From an uncultured cyanobacterium (GTDB lineage: Bacteria; Cyanobacteriota; Cyanobacteriia; Cyanobacteriales; CAWUOF01), in assembly GCA_963744145.1 (NCBI GenBank), contig CAVUSO010000001.1:5376001-5440000 (forward strand): a stretch of 64,000 nt of DNA, given 5' to 3'. Position 1 is the first letter of the stretch. Every line of letters starts with the position of its first letter. The notes under the pieces were generated by a model. It did not search any database. It saw only the letters and a program-made list of their open reading frames with translations, and had not been told where the DNA came from. A program made the translations under genes and the position numbers. Shown here piece after piece: positions 9,575 to 20,625 of this stretch.

Positions 9575-11509
9575 ATGGAAACCCATTTTGATATAACACT
9601 GCTGATAGTTCTCACAGTCATTGCAGGGATTGGTGCCCAAGTTTTGGCTGACTATCTCAAAGTCCCTGCGATCGTATTTTTGCTGCTATTTGGCATTCTT
9701 CTGGGTCCCGATGGCTTTGGTTTACTACATCCCCACCTGTTGGGTACTGGTTTGGAAGTGATGGTTTCCCTGTCTGTCGCACTAATTTTATTTGAGGGAG
9801 GTCTTAATCTAGAGCTAAAAGAACTGGGCAAGGTTTCTGGTAGTTTGCGAAATCTAGTCACTTTTGGCACTCTCATTACTTTAATGGGAGGTAGTATCGC
9901 AGCTCACTGGCTCGGTGAATTTCCCTGGTCTCTAGCTTTTCTCTATGCTTCTTTAGTCGTGGTCACTGGTCCAACAGTTATTGGTCCACTACTCAAACAA
10001 GTACAGGTAGATCGGCAAGTAACAGCTTTACTAGAAGGGGAAGGTGTTTTAATCGATCCAGTTGGAGCAATTTTAGCAGTTTTAGTGCTAAATATCATTT
10101 TAAACGGGGGTGCTGATCCGATCGGGTTACTGACGGATTTAATTATTCGTTTAGGTATTGGTGTTGTTATTGGTGGGATTGGTAGTTGGTTGTTAGGCTT
10201 TTTTCTCAAACGAGCCCAATTTCTTTCGGAAGATTTAAAAAGTTTAGTAGTTTTAGCCGGATTGTGGGGTTTATTTGGTTTAGCCCAATTAATTCGCTCA
10301 GAAGCAGGATTAATGGCCACAGTAGTTGGTGGGATGGTGTTAAGAGCATCCTCTGTACCCGAAGAGCGATTATTGCGACGATTTAAAGGAAAGCTAACGA
10401 TTCTGGCTATTTCGGTCTTATTTATCCTTTTGTCAGCAGATCTATCGATCGCGAGTATTATCGCTTTAGGCTGGGGTAGTGTTTTTACTGTTTTGGCGTT
10501 AATGTTTATTGTCCGTCCGTTAAATATCGGGTTTTGTACCTGGAATAGCGGATTTAATTGGAGACAAAAATTATTTTTATGTTGGGTCGCTCCACGGGGC
10601 ATAGTTTCAGCGTCTGTCGCGTCTTTATTTTCGATTTTGCTCACCCAGCGCGGTATTACTGGTGGAGATTCCATTAAAGCACTTGTTTTCTTGACGATTA
10701 TTTTAACTGTTTTTATCCAAGGACCAACTGCTAAATTATTAGCCCATTGGTTGCAAATCACCTCAACTCAAGCAACTGGAGTGGTAATTGTTGGCAGTAA
10801 TCCTTTAAGTCGATTAATTGCACGGTTATTTCAAGAGCGTGAAGAATCAGTAGTTGTAATTGATACAGATGCGGAAGCTAGTCGTTTAGCAGAACAAGAA
10901 AATATTAAAGTTTTTGTTAGCAGTGGTTTAGATACTGCGGTATTAGAAGAAGCGGGATTAGCATCGGTTGGCACTTTTCTCGCCATGACCAATAATGGTG
11001 AAGTAAATTTAGTCTTAGCCCAAAGAGCGGCTGAAGAATTTAAACCTCCCAGAGTATTAGCTGTATTCCCTCGTGATCCTCAAGTAAATACAGTCAATCA
11101 TAGCCTCAAAATTGATCAGGCTTTTCTTCCCGATATCGTGATTAAAATTTGGAATCAATATTTGATTGATGGTGATGTTAAGTTAGGAGAAACGATTCTC
11201 AAAGAATTAGAATTTGAATTTCAAGAAATTCATTTACAAGCATTGATTCGTTCTGGAGAATTAATGCCCTTGTTAATTGAACGGGATGAGCATTTAATGG
11301 TAATTCCAGCTACTGAAACCTGGGAACCGGGCGATCGAATTATTTATTTGTTCCATGATCCCAAACCGAAAATATTAAAACTTCTATCTGGTACTAGTCA
11401 AGCTAAACTGATTTTGGAAAAACAACCAGCTGTAGAAGAAGTCCCAATTCCAGTTTCTGCTCGAGAAAATTCCCTAGCAGAAACCGAAGCATCTCTCCCT
11501 CAGCCCTAA
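9575..11509 (+). CDS. CPA1 cation:proton antiporter with C-terminal TrkA-N/RCK domain
   Basis: ILFEGG, VVTGPTVI, EGVLIDP and APRGIVSA motifs; Rossmann-like VVIVGS C-domain. Confidence 0.88.
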   Translation: METHFDITLLIVLTVIAGIGAQVLADYLKVPAIVFLLLFGILLGPDGFGLLHPHLLGTGLEVMVSLSVALILFEGGLNLELKELGKVSGSLRNLVTFGTLITLMGGSIAAHWLGEFPWSLAFLYASLVVVTGPTVIGPLLKQVQVDRQVTALLEGEGVLIDPVGAILAVLVLNIILNGGADPIGLLTDLIIRLGIGVVIGGIGSWLLGFFLKRAQFLSEDLKSLVVLAGLWGLFGLAQLIRSEAGLMATVVGGMVLRASSVPEERLLRRFKGKLTILAISVLFILLSADLSIASIIALGWGSVFTVLALMFIVRPLNIGFCTWNSGFNWRQKLFLCWVAPRGIVSASVASLFSILLTQRGITGGDSIKALVFLTIILTVFIQGPTAKLLAHWLQITSTQATGVVIVGSNPLSRLIARLFQEREESVVVIDTDAEASRLAEQENIKVFVSSGLDTAVLEEAGLASVGTFLAMTNNGEVNLVLAQRAAEEFKPPRVLAVFPRDPQVNTVNHSLKIDQAFLPDIVIKIWNQYLIDGDVKLGETILKELEFEFQEIHLQALIRSGELMPLLIERDEHLMVIPATETWEPGDRIIYLFHDPKPKILKLLSGTSQAKLILEKQPAVEEVPIPVSARENSLAETEASLPQP

Positions 11510-11584
11510 TCAAAAAGCTCAACCGCTCCATAAATGGAAAAAGGGTGTTGTTACACCCTCTGTTACCTGATGCGAGTTTAGAAC

Positions 11585-12373
11585 TTAAATTTCTACATCA
11601 GAGTTAGTCATTAACTGTTTCAGAGAATCTAAGCCTTTTTTAACTCGACGGGAAACGGTGACAGCACTGATCCCTAACCGATCGGCTGTTTCTTTCTGGG
11701 TCAGATCGTGAAGAAACACGAATTCTAAAATGTCACGAGTCCGCTCTTCTAATTTAGCCAGAGCTTGTTGGAGACGCATGACATCTTCTTGCGCTAGTTG
11801 AAAACTACGATAATTATGATCCGGAACCAAATCCCCTAGGGAAGTAGCATCATCATCATCATCACCATCCTTAAGTGGGGCATCAAGACTTAAGGGAACC
11901 CGATTCCGACAAGCCAATTTAATTTCCTGCCATTCTGAGACTGTAATTCCCAGAGCCGCAGATATTTCTTTATCTGTAGGTTGTCTATTTAGCTGTAAAT
12001 GTAGATTTTGAATTACGACCGCGGCTTGACGTTCCAAATCAAGCCAATGTCTGGGAATCCGCACCGATGGACTTTTATCTCGTAAGTAATGTTGAATCTC
12101 TCCGCGAATATACGGAATCGCGAAGGAACTAAAAGCATGGCCTTTAGAAATATCAAATCTTTCGATCGCCCGGATTAATCCTAAACTACCTACCTGAAGC
12201 AAATCATCATAGCTTTCAGTACATTGATTAATCCAGTGGTGTGCTTCTTTTCTAACCAGTCCAAAGTTTAATTTAACTAACTGGTTACGGATTTGAGTTG
12301 AAGGAGAGCGATGATACTCCGCCAACAATTCTAAATTTTCGTTTCTGAGTTCGTTGATGACTGGGGTAATCAT
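11585..12373 (-). CDS. sigF: RNA polymerase sigma factor SigF
   Basis: DLLQVGSLGLIRAIERFD, FSSFAIPYIRGEIQHYLRD, region 4 LTQKETADRLGISAVTVSR; start placed at ATG 12373 (ORF is open to 12478). Confidence 0.92.
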   Translation of the reverse strand: MITPVINELRNENLELLAEYHRSPSTQIRNQLVKLNFGLVRKEAHHWINQCTESYDDLLQVGSLGLIRAIERFDISKGHAFSSFAIPYIRGEIQHYLRDKSPSVRIPRHWLDLERQAAVVIQNLHLQLNRQPTDKEISAALGITVSEWQEIKLACRNRVPLSLDAPLKDGDDDDDATSLGDLVPDHNYRSFQLAQEDVMRLQQALAKLEERTRDILEFVFLHDLTQKETADRLGISAVTVSRRVKKGLDSLKQLMTNSDVEI

Positions 12374-12781
12374 GGCAACATTCAGCTGGTGAGGAAACCT
12401 AAGTAGTAATTTGTTATACTTAAGTCTTAATTTATTTTCGAGAGCTTTGTCGTGATTTGCGACACATTTCTTCAACAAAAAGGCCAGATAAACTTTGATC
12501 TACAAGATTTGCTTGCAAATAACCATATTAGAGGGAAAACTTGATCAATTTATGGCCAGAGTTAGAACTTTGATGATCTACCTGGGCAGCCCTAAATTAG
12601 CGGCCTTCTCTTTTATATTATATTTATCTGCCGATCCGATCCAAAACAGTAGTTATACTAAAATTACACCCAAAAACCGGATCAATTGATTAAGATTCAT
12701 AACTCTGATTAACACTTAATCCGAATTATGGCAAATTACCTGCCTCAGACGGGTCCTGAGGGAGGTAAAAGCCAATATTAT

Positions 12782-13615
12782 TTAGGACTGTGCTGGTTGG
12801 ATGCGAGCATAAAACGTACCACTAATCTTAACTTCGAGAGCTTCTTTCGCTCCTAAGTCAGTATCAGAAGGCTGTTCACTCAGAAAAGTTCCGGCAATTT
12901 CGCCAGTGTTGCTGTCAACTTGAGCGACTTGCAGAGAGATTTTACCTTTTGTGGTTTCAAAACGCTTGCTGTTAGAACGAGTTAGTTCTTCGCTATCTGC
13001 ATGGGATGGAAGAGCAACTGCATTATCATATCCTGTGGCTAATCCACGACCTTTGGGATCAAGGAAATTAGAAGTCCGATAAGATGGGACTTTAAATTCT
13101 CCACTAAAGTCAGTTGAAGTAGTAATGCTCGATGTGTCGGGTTTGCTGCTTGCTACTAAACCTTTAATTGAGAAGAGGAAAGGTACACGCTCACCTCCAG
13201 GTAATTGAACTGTGATGGCTTGATAGTCAAATCCATCTTTTTCAAAAAAAGTTAGACTACCATCAGCTTGAGGTTTTAAATCACCTTGGACTTGAGCAAT
13301 GGTCGTAGTATATCTGGTCATCAATTTCCCAGGTACAAATTCCGCTTCTAAGCGTTTGCTCGAACTTTCTTCTTTGACCTGATAGCTAGTGGGCTGTAAA
13401 CACAATTCGCTCAAAGTGTAGGATTGGCTAGGATCAATGGGAATTGCTCCTCGAGTTGTTTCTTGAAGTTCAGGACATTTATTGGCTATTCCTGTTCCGA
13501 GAATATCATCGTAGGTCAGTTTAGCCGGATTGGCTGATGCCGGTCCTTCGCTACAAGCGGTTAATATACTTAAGCAAAATGCTAAAAAAGCAACAATTAA
13601 AGCGCGATATTTCAT
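12782..13615 (-). CDS. psbO: Photosystem II manganese-stabilising protein PsbO
   Basis: GTGIANKCP, TVQLPGGERVPFLF, FLDPKGRG, QPSDTDLGAK. Confidence 0.97.
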   Translation of the reverse strand: MKYRALIVAFLAFCLSILTACSEGPASANPAKLTYDDILGTGIANKCPELQETTRGAIPIDPSQSYTLSELCLQPTSYQVKEESSSKRLEAEFVPGKLMTRYTTTIAQVQGDLKPQADGSLTFFEKDGFDYQAITVQLPGGERVPFLFSIKGLVASSKPDTSSITTSTDFSGEFKVPSYRTSNFLDPKGRGLATGYDNAVALPSHADSEELTRSNSKRFETTKGKISLQVAQVDSNTGEIAGTFLSEQPSDTDLGAKEALEVKISGTFYARIQPAQS

Positions 13616-13908
13616 TGTAAACCTCTATCCAAAATGGGCTAAGATTCGGGGCCAGTGAAATTGTGAATCGGGGCGAAAGAGCTGATCCCTAGAGGAGACC
13701 GTGATTGGAAATGAGCGAATCACCTGAATTTGGCGATCGCTAGCTGCTCCTCATGGTCCATTAAACTGCTGCCAGATGTAGGTCTATTATTAAGAATTTC
13801 TGGAATTTTTCGGCCCGATCCCGTAAAGCATTTTACAGAAAAAAGTAACCTTATGCACAATTCATTTTTAATAGTGGATAATTGCTACTTTAGATTTCTG
13901 GTAATTTA

Positions 13909-13976
13909 TGGGACAGACAAGATGTCCGTCCCACCAGAAAAAAAAACTCTTGTGGGACAGTCATCTTGACTGTCCT
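13909..13976. repeat. Inverted pair of REP-like palindromes (TGGGACAGACAAGATGTCCGTCCCA / GGACAGTCATCTTGACTGTCC)
   Basis: Two imperfect hairpins with complementary loops, downstream of the 14032-14286 gene. Confidence 0.65.
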
Positions 13977-14031
13977 AGTTATTTTTGCAAGAGATTTTTT
14001 GACTAATGAGATTTACCACTCCAGTTTGAGG

Positions 14032-14286
14032 TTAGGTATTTAATTGCTGTAACAACCAGTCATCTACGGGTTGACCATCTCGACGTTTGAGTTCAACTTC
14101 TACTACTTTGACTAAGTTTGACCCAGGTGGTGCAGGTTTTTCACGAAAATTAATCTCATACAATGCTGGATCTTGATTTCTTTCACGTAACCAATCTTGT
14201 ACCTTCATGGTGGCAAAAAATGATTGTCCTTCTGCAAACATGCGGGTAATTTGCATTTGTAAATTATAGGGCTCAAACCGAGGCAT
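14032..14286 (-). CDS. Small hypothetical protein, probably conserved in cyanobacteria
   Basis: GGAG RBS, 84 aa, co-oriented downstream of alaS. Confidence 0.75.
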   Translation of the reverse strand: MPRFEPYNLQMQITRMFAEGQSFFATMKVQDWLRERNQDPALYEINFREKPAPPGSNLVKVVEVELKRRDGQPVDDWLLQQLNT

Positions 14287-14343
14287 ACATAACTCCTGGA
14301 TCTGATTATCTATCTTTGGGCAGAGTTGGGTCTGCCCAATTTC

Positions 14344-16992
14344 TTAATGACTTAAAGCTGACTTTAACTGACTATAGGCATATTTCAGTGCTTCTGATAA
14401 TTTGCTTGGGTCACGTCCCCCCGCTTGGGCTAAATTGGGTTTTCCCCCACCACTACCTCCACAAATTTTGGCGATCGCCCCAATAAATTTCCCAGCTTGT
14501 AATCCTGTACTATTGACACTGGGACTAAAAGCTGCGACCAAACGCACTTTATCTGGTTCAGGAATTGACCCCAAAATTACCGCTCCCTGACTACCCAATT
14601 TTTGTAACAATCGTTCAGCGACAATTTTTAAGGATTCAGGGTCAACATCAGCTAAATCAGCGACAATGATTTGGAAATCACCGATAGTTTCCACTTGATT
14701 AAGTAATTGGTCAGATTTAGCGATCGCTAAATCAGTTTTCAAGACTTCTAAATGCTTCTGAGTAGTTTTCAGTTCTCCCTGTAAAGCACTGACCCGTTCT
14801 GGTAATTCTTCTGGTTTAACCTTAAAGCGATCGCACAGTTCCCGGACTACTTGATCGCGCACTTGCAGATACTCTAACACCGATAGACCAGCCACAGCTT
14901 CAATCCGTCGCACTCCAGCCGCTACACCAGACTCAGATATAATCTTAAACAACCCAATTTCCGCTGTATTACTAACATGTGTTCCTCCGCACAATTCCAT
15001 TGATACACCAGGAAAATCCAATACTCGGACAGTTTCACCGTATTTTTCCCCAAACATCGCGATCGCACCTTGAGCTTTTGCTTGTGCTAAGGACATTTGC
15101 GTAATTTGAGCCAGATGAGCTTCACTAATCCAGGTATTTACCTGTGCTTCAATTTTTTGTAAGTCGGTTGTATTCACAGGTTTAGAACTATTAAAATCAA
15201 ACCTCAGTCGCTCAACCGTTACCAATGAACCAGCTTGAGATATATTCGGATCAACTATTTTCTTCAAAGCTGCTTGTAATAGATGGGTTGCTGTATGATG
15301 AGCTTGAATTCGACGACGACTAGCTTGATCAATCTGAGCCGTTACTACATCATTGACTCCTAATGTACCACGTTCAATCCGACCAAAATGAATAAAAAAA
15401 TCGGCTTCTTTTTGTACATCTTCAATCTGCACTAAAACATCCGCACCAGTTAGATAACCTCGATCACCAATTTGCCCTCCCGATTCAGCATAAAAAGGTG
15501 TACGATCTAAGATAATTTGCACCTGATTTCCCGCTGATACAACTGGTTCAGATTTACCATCAATCAGGATCATTTCTACTTTTGCGATCGCTTGGGTGTG
15601 ATCATATCCTACAAACTCAGTAGCTGACATATTTTCGGCTAACTGAGCTAAGGAACCTTGCACAGTCAGATCAATAGTTTCGTGAGCTGCTTGCGATCGC
15701 TGAGTTTGTGCTTCCATTGCTGTTTCATACCCAGTCACATCAACCGTAAATCCTTGTTCCTGGGCAATTTCCTGAGTTAATTCTAAAGGAAAACCGTAGG
15801 TATCATAGAGAGTAAAAGCATCCCGACCATCAATTTGACTGGTTCCTGCTTGCTTGACTCGCTCTAAAATTTCTGATAGTAATTTTTCACCTCTTTCTAA
15901 AGTTTTCAGAAATTGAGATTCTTCTCGTTGCAATTCTGCTTTAATCGCTGTTTCTTTTTGACGAACTTGGGGATAAGCGCTTTCTGACAACTCGATCGCT
16001 GTTTCTGCTACTTGAGTAGTAAATTCCTCGGAAATCCCAATCAATCTACCATGACGTACTACTCGACGAATTAATCGACGTAACACATAACCTCTGCCCA
16101 CATTAGATGCCCGAATTTCATCCGCAATCATGTGGACGATCGCTCGAATATGGTCTCCAATTACTTTCAGTGAAACTTTCGTTTTATCGTCGGCTTTAGT
16201 ATAGTCAATCTGAGCAATTTCCGCTGCGGTTTTGATAATTGGTAAAATTAGATCGGTTTCATAATTATTCGGCACTTTTTGGAGAATTTGTGCCATCCGT
16301 TCTAATCCCATTCCCGTATCAATATTTTTGCTTTGGAGGGGAGTTAAGTTTCCTTCGCTATCACGATTATATTGCATGAACACCAGATTATAAAATTCGA
16401 TAAATCTGGTGTCATCTTCTAGATCAATATCAGCGTTACCTTGTTCTGGGTGAAAATCATAGTAGATTTCTGAACATGGACCACAAGGACCAGTGGGACC
16501 AGAGACCCAGAAATTATCTGCTTCTCCCATCCGTTTAATTCTTTCTGGGACTACCCCAATGCGATCGCGCCAAATTGCATAAGCTTCATCATCTTCAACA
16601 AAAACACTCACTACCAGATTGTCTGGGGATAAACCAAATATTTTGGTCGATAGTTCCCAACCCCAAATAATTGCTTGTTCTTTGAAATAGTCTCCAAAAC
16701 TAAAGTTACCGAGCATTTCAAAGAAAGTATGATGTCTGGCTGTGTGCCCGACATTTTCGATATCATTAGTACGAATACATTTTTGGGAAGTAGTAGCGCG
16801 TTTAAATTCACTAATTCTCTGTCCAAGGAAAATTGGTTTAAATGGCAACATTCCGGCAATTGTTAATAGTACCGTCGGATCTTCAGGTACTAAGGATGCA
16901 CTCGGCAGAATTTGGTGTCCTCGCTCGGCAAAAAAGTCGAGAAATTTTTGTCGAATGTCACTACCGCTAAGAAATTGGGGAGAGGAAGGCAT
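14344..16992 (-). CDS. alaS: Alanine--tRNA ligase
   Basis: [55 protein letters not shown]-terminal DHHA1 domain. Confidence 0.98.
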   Translation of the reverse strand: MPSSPQFLSGSDIRQKFLDFFAERGHQILPSASLVPEDPTVLLTIAGMLPFKPIFLGQRISEFKRATTSQKCIRTNDIENVGHTARHHTFFEMLGNFSFGDYFKEQAIIWGWELSTKIFGLSPDNLVVSVFVEDDEAYAIWRDRIGVVPERIKRMGEADNFWVSGPTGPCGPCSEIYYDFHPEQGNADIDLEDDTRFIEFYNLVFMQYNRDSEGNLTPLQSKNIDTGMGLERMAQILQKVPNNYETDLILPIIKTAAEIAQIDYTKADDKTKVSLKVIGDHIRAIVHMIADEIRASNVGRGYVLRRLIRRVVRHGRLIGISEEFTTQVAETAIELSESAYPQVRQKETAIKAELQREESQFLKTLERGEKLLSEILERVKQAGTSQIDGRDAFTLYDTYGFPLELTQEIAQEQGFTVDVTGYETAMEAQTQRSQAAHETIDLTVQGSLAQLAENMSATEFVGYDHTQAIAKVEMILIDGKSEPVVSAGNQVQIILDRTPFYAESGGQIGDRGYLTGADVLVQIEDVQKEADFFIHFGRIERGTLGVNDVVTAQIDQASRRRIQAHHTATHLLQAALKKIVDPNISQAGSLVTVERLRFDFNSSKPVNTTDLQKIEAQVNTWISEAHLAQITQMSLAQAKAQGAIAMFGEKYGETVRVLDFPGVSMELCGGTHVSNTAEIGLFKIISESGVAAGVRRIEAVAGLSVLEYLQVRDQVVRELCDRFKVKPEELPERVSALQGELKTTQKHLEVLKTDLAIAKSDQLLNQVETIGDFQIIVADLADVDPESLKIVAERLLQKLGSQGAVILGSIPEPDKVRLVAAFSPSVNSTGLQAGKFIGAIAKICGGSGGGKPNLAQAGGRDPSKLSEALKYAYSQLKSALSH

Positions 16993-17124
16993 AGTTTAGA
17001 TCAGCAATGTTGGTCAACTAGACATCTATTTTCACATTTTGGTTCAAGTTCCAGCCACTTGATTTATGTCAAATTTTCACTCAATGTAAACATAAATTAA
17101 GGTAGCGCCAACTAGCCAGCAAAA

Positions 17125-17177
17125 AGTTTAAATTAATGTAAATAACTATTGTAGTTTCAGAGATGGTCTGTTAGGTT
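17125..17177 (+). promoter_or_regulatory. Promoter of candidate sRNA 1 with an imperfect HLR1 (RpaB-type) repeat
   Basis: AGTTTAAA-TT-AATGTAAA (17125-17142), then TTGTAG-N17-TAGGTT with extended TG. Confidence 0.5.
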
Positions 17178-17183
17178 AATAAT

Positions 17184-17468
17184 TATAGATAAGAGGGCAA
17201 GAAAAAAGGAGGAAAAACCAAGGCTGTTGCAGTTTAATGTCCATGATCACGAACCTAATCGCAGTATTCGCGCTAGCATAGTGGGTAATGGCAAAAAGCC
17301 TTGAGTGTCTAGGGCATAGTCAAACCAAAGTCCAGAAAGACTTAACTATGCACAATCTGATCAAGTTATAGCTGCGAAGTAAGTTCACTTGTTGATGGTT
17401 AATTTTGGAAAAATCTCAATTCTTACCTAATCGCCAGCCCAGTCCAACTTGACTGGGCTTGAGTTTTT
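17184..17468 (+). ncRNA. Candidate structured sRNA, paralogue 1 (ends approximate)
   Basis: Promoter, stems AAGGCTGTTGC/GCAAAAAGCCTT and GCATAGT/ACTATGC, terminator; colinear similarity to 17553-17865. Confidence 0.55.
17436..17468 (+). terminator. Intrinsic terminator
   Basis: AGCCCAGTC-caactt-GACTGGGCT followed by a T-rich tail. Confidence 0.75.
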
Positions 17469-17493
17469 GGGGAGAAATTCGGGGCGATCGCCA

Positions 17494-17546
17494 AATGTAA
17501 ATTAATGTAAATAACTCTTGGCAATAATTAGCGATAGTGCTAAGTT
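17494..17546 (+). promoter_or_regulatory. Promoter of candidate sRNA 2 with a perfect HLR1 (RpaB-type) repeat
   Basis: AATGTAAA-TT-AATGTAAA (reverse strand TTTACATT-AA-TTTACATT), then TTGGCA-N17-TAAGTT with extended TG. Confidence 0.6.
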
Positions 17547-17552
17547 AATAGT

Positions 17553-17865
17553 AGAGATCAATCAGCTCGAAAGAAAAAACGAGCAACCCAAAAGGTCTAG
17601 GCGTGGTCTCTCCGGTCTAAGACCAGATCGTAACAGCAATGAAAGTAAAGTGGAAAAGGCTAAAGACCCCTAGTTAGATAGGGCGAGGCGATCAGTCCGA
17701 TTAGGACATCACTTGTAAGAATGTTATAGTTGCCAAGTTGCGATAATTTGTAAACCCTTAGCAAGCTGACCGTTAACAAATCTCTGGTATTGTCTCCAAT
17801 TGAACAATTTTGTCATTGATTTTCCACCGGGCTTAGTTACCGTTAACTAAGCCCGTTGAGTGTTG
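17553..17865 (+). ncRNA. Candidate structured sRNA, paralogue 2 (ends approximate)
   Basis: Same promoter layout as copy 1; stems GGTCT/AGACC, TGGTCT/AGACCA, GTCC/GGAC; terminal hairpin. Confidence 0.55.
17828..17855 (+). terminator. Terminator-like hairpin
   Basis: CGGGCTTAGTTA-ccgt-TAACTAAGCCCG, perfect 12-bp stem. Confidence 0.7.
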
Positions 17866-17895
17866 GCGGCAATAATTAATTATCAGATCAAGTAA

Positions 17896-19632
17896 ATGGG
17901 CTCTACCATCCAACCCTTACCCGTAGAAGTAGTAAATCTGATTGCTGCGGGTGAAGTAATTGATTCTTTAGCCGCAGTAGTACGAGAATTAGTAGAAAAT
18001 GCGATCGATGCAGGTGCCACCAGAATAGTTGTTTCTGTGTGGCCCGAGCTTTGGCGGGTCAGAGTAGCTGATAATGGAATGGGAATGGATTTAGCAGATT
18101 TACAGCAAGCGGCGATCGCCCATAGTACCAGCAAAATTCATCATCGTGAAGATTTATGGAAAATTACCAGTTTAGGATTTCGGGGTGAAGCTTTACATAG
18201 TTTAACTCAATTAGCAGAACTGGAGATAATTAGCCGGAAAATTAACAGTCCGGAAGCTTGGCGGGTCGTTTATAATGCCCAAGGAGAGACAATTGAGGTA
18301 GAACCAGCAGCGATCGCACCTGGGACGATCGTCACAATCTCAAATTTATTCGGTAGTTGGACAATTCGTCGTCAAGGATTACCAACACCAGCACAACAAC
18401 TGCGAACAGTTCAAGCGACAATTAATCAAATTGCCATTTGTCATCCGCAGATTACTTGGAAAATTCAACAGGAATTTCGTGATTGGTTTACAATTAGTCC
18501 TGGGATTACCGCTCAACATATTCTCCCACAAATTATTCGTGATGTTAGCTTTAGTGACTTGCAACAGTTAAAAATTAAAGTTCCAAGTGGGCATGAGAAT
18601 CAATTATTAACCGATGATTTTATTACTGAATCGACCAGCACTACAGAACCAAAGTCTGATGCAGAAATTGAAGTAATTCTAGGTTTACCAGATCGATGTC
18701 ATCGACGCAGACCGGATTGGGTAAAAGTAGCAGTGAATAAAAGGATTGTGCGATCGCCAGAGTTAGAACAAATTTTAATTAATGGGTTTGCTCGGACCTT
18801 ACCGCGCGATCGCTATCCCCTCTGTTTTCTCCATCTGGAAATTTGCCCAAGTCAAATTGATTGGAATCGACATCCAGCTAAAACCGAAATCTACCTACAT
18901 CACCTTAGTTATTGGCAAACCCAAATAGCGAGTGTAATTGAACAAGCTTTACGCTTAAATCAAGAAACCATTACGGAAACAGCTCTAACTGGGCAAGTAA
19001 GTAAATTAATCAAAGCTGCCGAAGCCAAGAGCGGTTATCATGTCAACCGTACTATCACTAATACTAGCACAGATCGTCAGGGTTGGCCAGGGATAGAACT
19101 ACGTGCGATCGCCCAAGTTCGCCAGACCTATATTTTAGCAGAATATCCGGATGGAGCCTGGTTAGTAGAGCAACATATTGCACATGAGCGCGTCTTATAT
19201 GAACAGTTATGCGATCGCTGGCAATTAGTCTCTCTCGAACCACCGATAATTTTGAATCAACTATCTCCAGCTCAATTAGATCAACTACAACGAATTGGAA
19301 TCGAAGTGGAACCCTTTGGGGAACAACTTTGGGCAGTACGCAATGCTCCGGAGAGTCTGGTCCGCAGAGCCGATTGTTCACCAGCGCTATTAGAACTAAG
19401 TTTAGGAGGTGACTTACAAACCGCTCAAGTAGCTACAGCTTGTCGTACTGCCATTCGTAATGGTACTAAGCTTAACCTAGAAGAAATGCAAACTTTATTA
19501 AACCAATGGCAACAGACACGGAATCCGCGGACTTGTCCCCATGGACGTCCAATTTATTTATCATTAGCAGAGTCCCATCTTGCTCGTTTTTTTCGCCGAC
19601 ATTGGGTAATTGGCAAAAGTCATGGTATTTAA
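17896..19632 (+). CDS. mutL: DNA mismatch repair endonuclease MutL
   Basis: IAAGEVI, ELVENAIDAGA, LGFRGEAL, EQHIAHER, ACR, CPHGRP. Confidence 0.95.
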   Translation: MGSTIQPLPVEVVNLIAAGEVIDSLAAVVRELVENAIDAGATRIVVSVWPELWRVRVADNGMGMDLADLQQAAIAHSTSKIHHREDLWKITSLGFRGEALHSLTQLAELEIISRKINSPEAWRVVYNAQGETIEVEPAAIAPGTIVTISNLFGSWTIRRQGLPTPAQQLRTVQATINQIAICHPQITWKIQQEFRDWFTISPGITAQHILPQIIRDVSFSDLQQLKIKVPSGHENQLLTDDFITESTSTTEPKSDAEIEVILGLPDRCHRRRPDWVKVAVNKRIVRSPELEQILINGFARTLPRDRYPLCFLHLEICPSQIDWNRHPAKTEIYLHHLSYWQTQIASVIEQALRLNQETITETALTGQVSKLIKAAEAKSGYHVNRTITNTSTDRQGWPGIELRAIAQVRQTYILAEYPDGAWLVEQHIAHERVLYEQLCDRWQLVSLEPPIILNQLSPAQLDQLQRIGIEVEPFGEQLWAVRNAPESLVRRADCSPALLELSLGGDLQTAQVATACRTAIRNGTKLNLEEMQTLLNQWQQTRNPRTCPHGRPIYLSLAESHLARFFRRHWVIGKSHGI

Positions 19633-19682
19633 TTAGTGGTTAGTTGTTGTGTTAGTTTTGCAAAAAAAAGGTAAATAGACAA

Positions 19683-20474
19683 ATGACCAAAGCTCTAGCA
19701 TCTCTCAAGAATAACATTTGGTTTCGGATTTCTATTTATGTCAATATTTTTCTCATTTATGCTATTGGTTACTCGGCTTATAAGCTCGGTCTGATCGACC
19801 AGTTTGTATCTAATGTGATGCAGATGAATCCTCAAATAGTTAATAGTATGGCTGCGTACTTAGTACCAGGAGATAATCTCAGCTCTACTCCCTGGTGGCA
19901 AGATGAAGTCAAAAATCAAGTTTTAATCACGCAAACTAAAAAATATAATGCCTGTTTATTTGGAGATTCAATCTCTTCGATGTTGGGAAATACCCTGGGG
20001 AATAATAATTTTAATTTTTCCTTATCAGGGATGAGTACGGTTTCTCTAATTGAACAACTAAAAATTTTAAATAATGCTCAGGTAAAATGCGATCGGGCTA
20101 TTATTGCGATCGGTACTAATGATGCTGCTTATGCGATCGAAGATGAGCCATTTGTGAATAATATGAAAGATATAATTGCCAAAGTGAGACAGATGGGGGC
20201 AAGCCGAATCACTCTAATTCCTGCGTTTTATTCAACCCTAGAAGCTAGCTTCAATCCAGGTCTTGCGGGAACAATTACTAGAGTAGAAGAAATTAATGCT
20301 CTGATTCGTCAGGTAGCAGTGAGTGAAAATGTTTTGGTATCGGTCGAAACAATTAAACCTTTATTTAAGGAACAAGAGTTAAAATCAAATTTGACCATAG
20401 ACGGAGTTCATCTGAATGCTGATGGTAGAGATATTTATCGAAAATCGTTATTAAAAATAATTGGTGGTTCATAA
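19683..20474 (+). CDS. SGNH/GDSL hydrolase, paralogue 1 (N-terminal TM anchor)
   Basis: FGDSI, IGTND, DGVH. Confidence 0.85.
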   Translation: MTKALASLKNNIWFRISIYVNIFLIYAIGYSAYKLGLIDQFVSNVMQMNPQIVNSMAAYLVPGDNLSSTPWWQDEVKNQVLITQTKKYNACLFGDSISSMLGNTLGNNNFNFSLSGMSTVSLIEQLKILNNAQVKCDRAIIAIGTNDAAYAIEDEPFVNNMKDIIAKVRQMGASRITLIPAFYSTLEASFNPGLAGTITRVEEINALIRQVAVSENVLVSVETIKPLFKEQELKSNLTIDGVHLNADGRDIYRKSLLKIIGGS

Positions 20475-20625
20475 AATGATCGGAGGGTAATCAAGTTAGA
20501 GTCGGAGTAAATCAGCATAAAATTATCTAGCTAAATGCTACTAATCTGGTAAACTAGTATAGATTTATGGTATTTAATTAAGTATTAGTGCTATTACTTT
20601 CGCATCTAAAAAGGTAAATTAGCCC

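Noticed and set aside
9943..10761. 272-aa minus-strand ORF
   Set aside because: Antisense shadow of the antiporter gene; no recognisable motifs.
17237..17281. 14-aa hydrophobic ORF MSMITNLIAVFALA inside candidate sRNA 1
   Set aside because: Not preserved in paralogue 2 and the RBS is poorly spaced; cannot be fully excluded without Ribo-seq.
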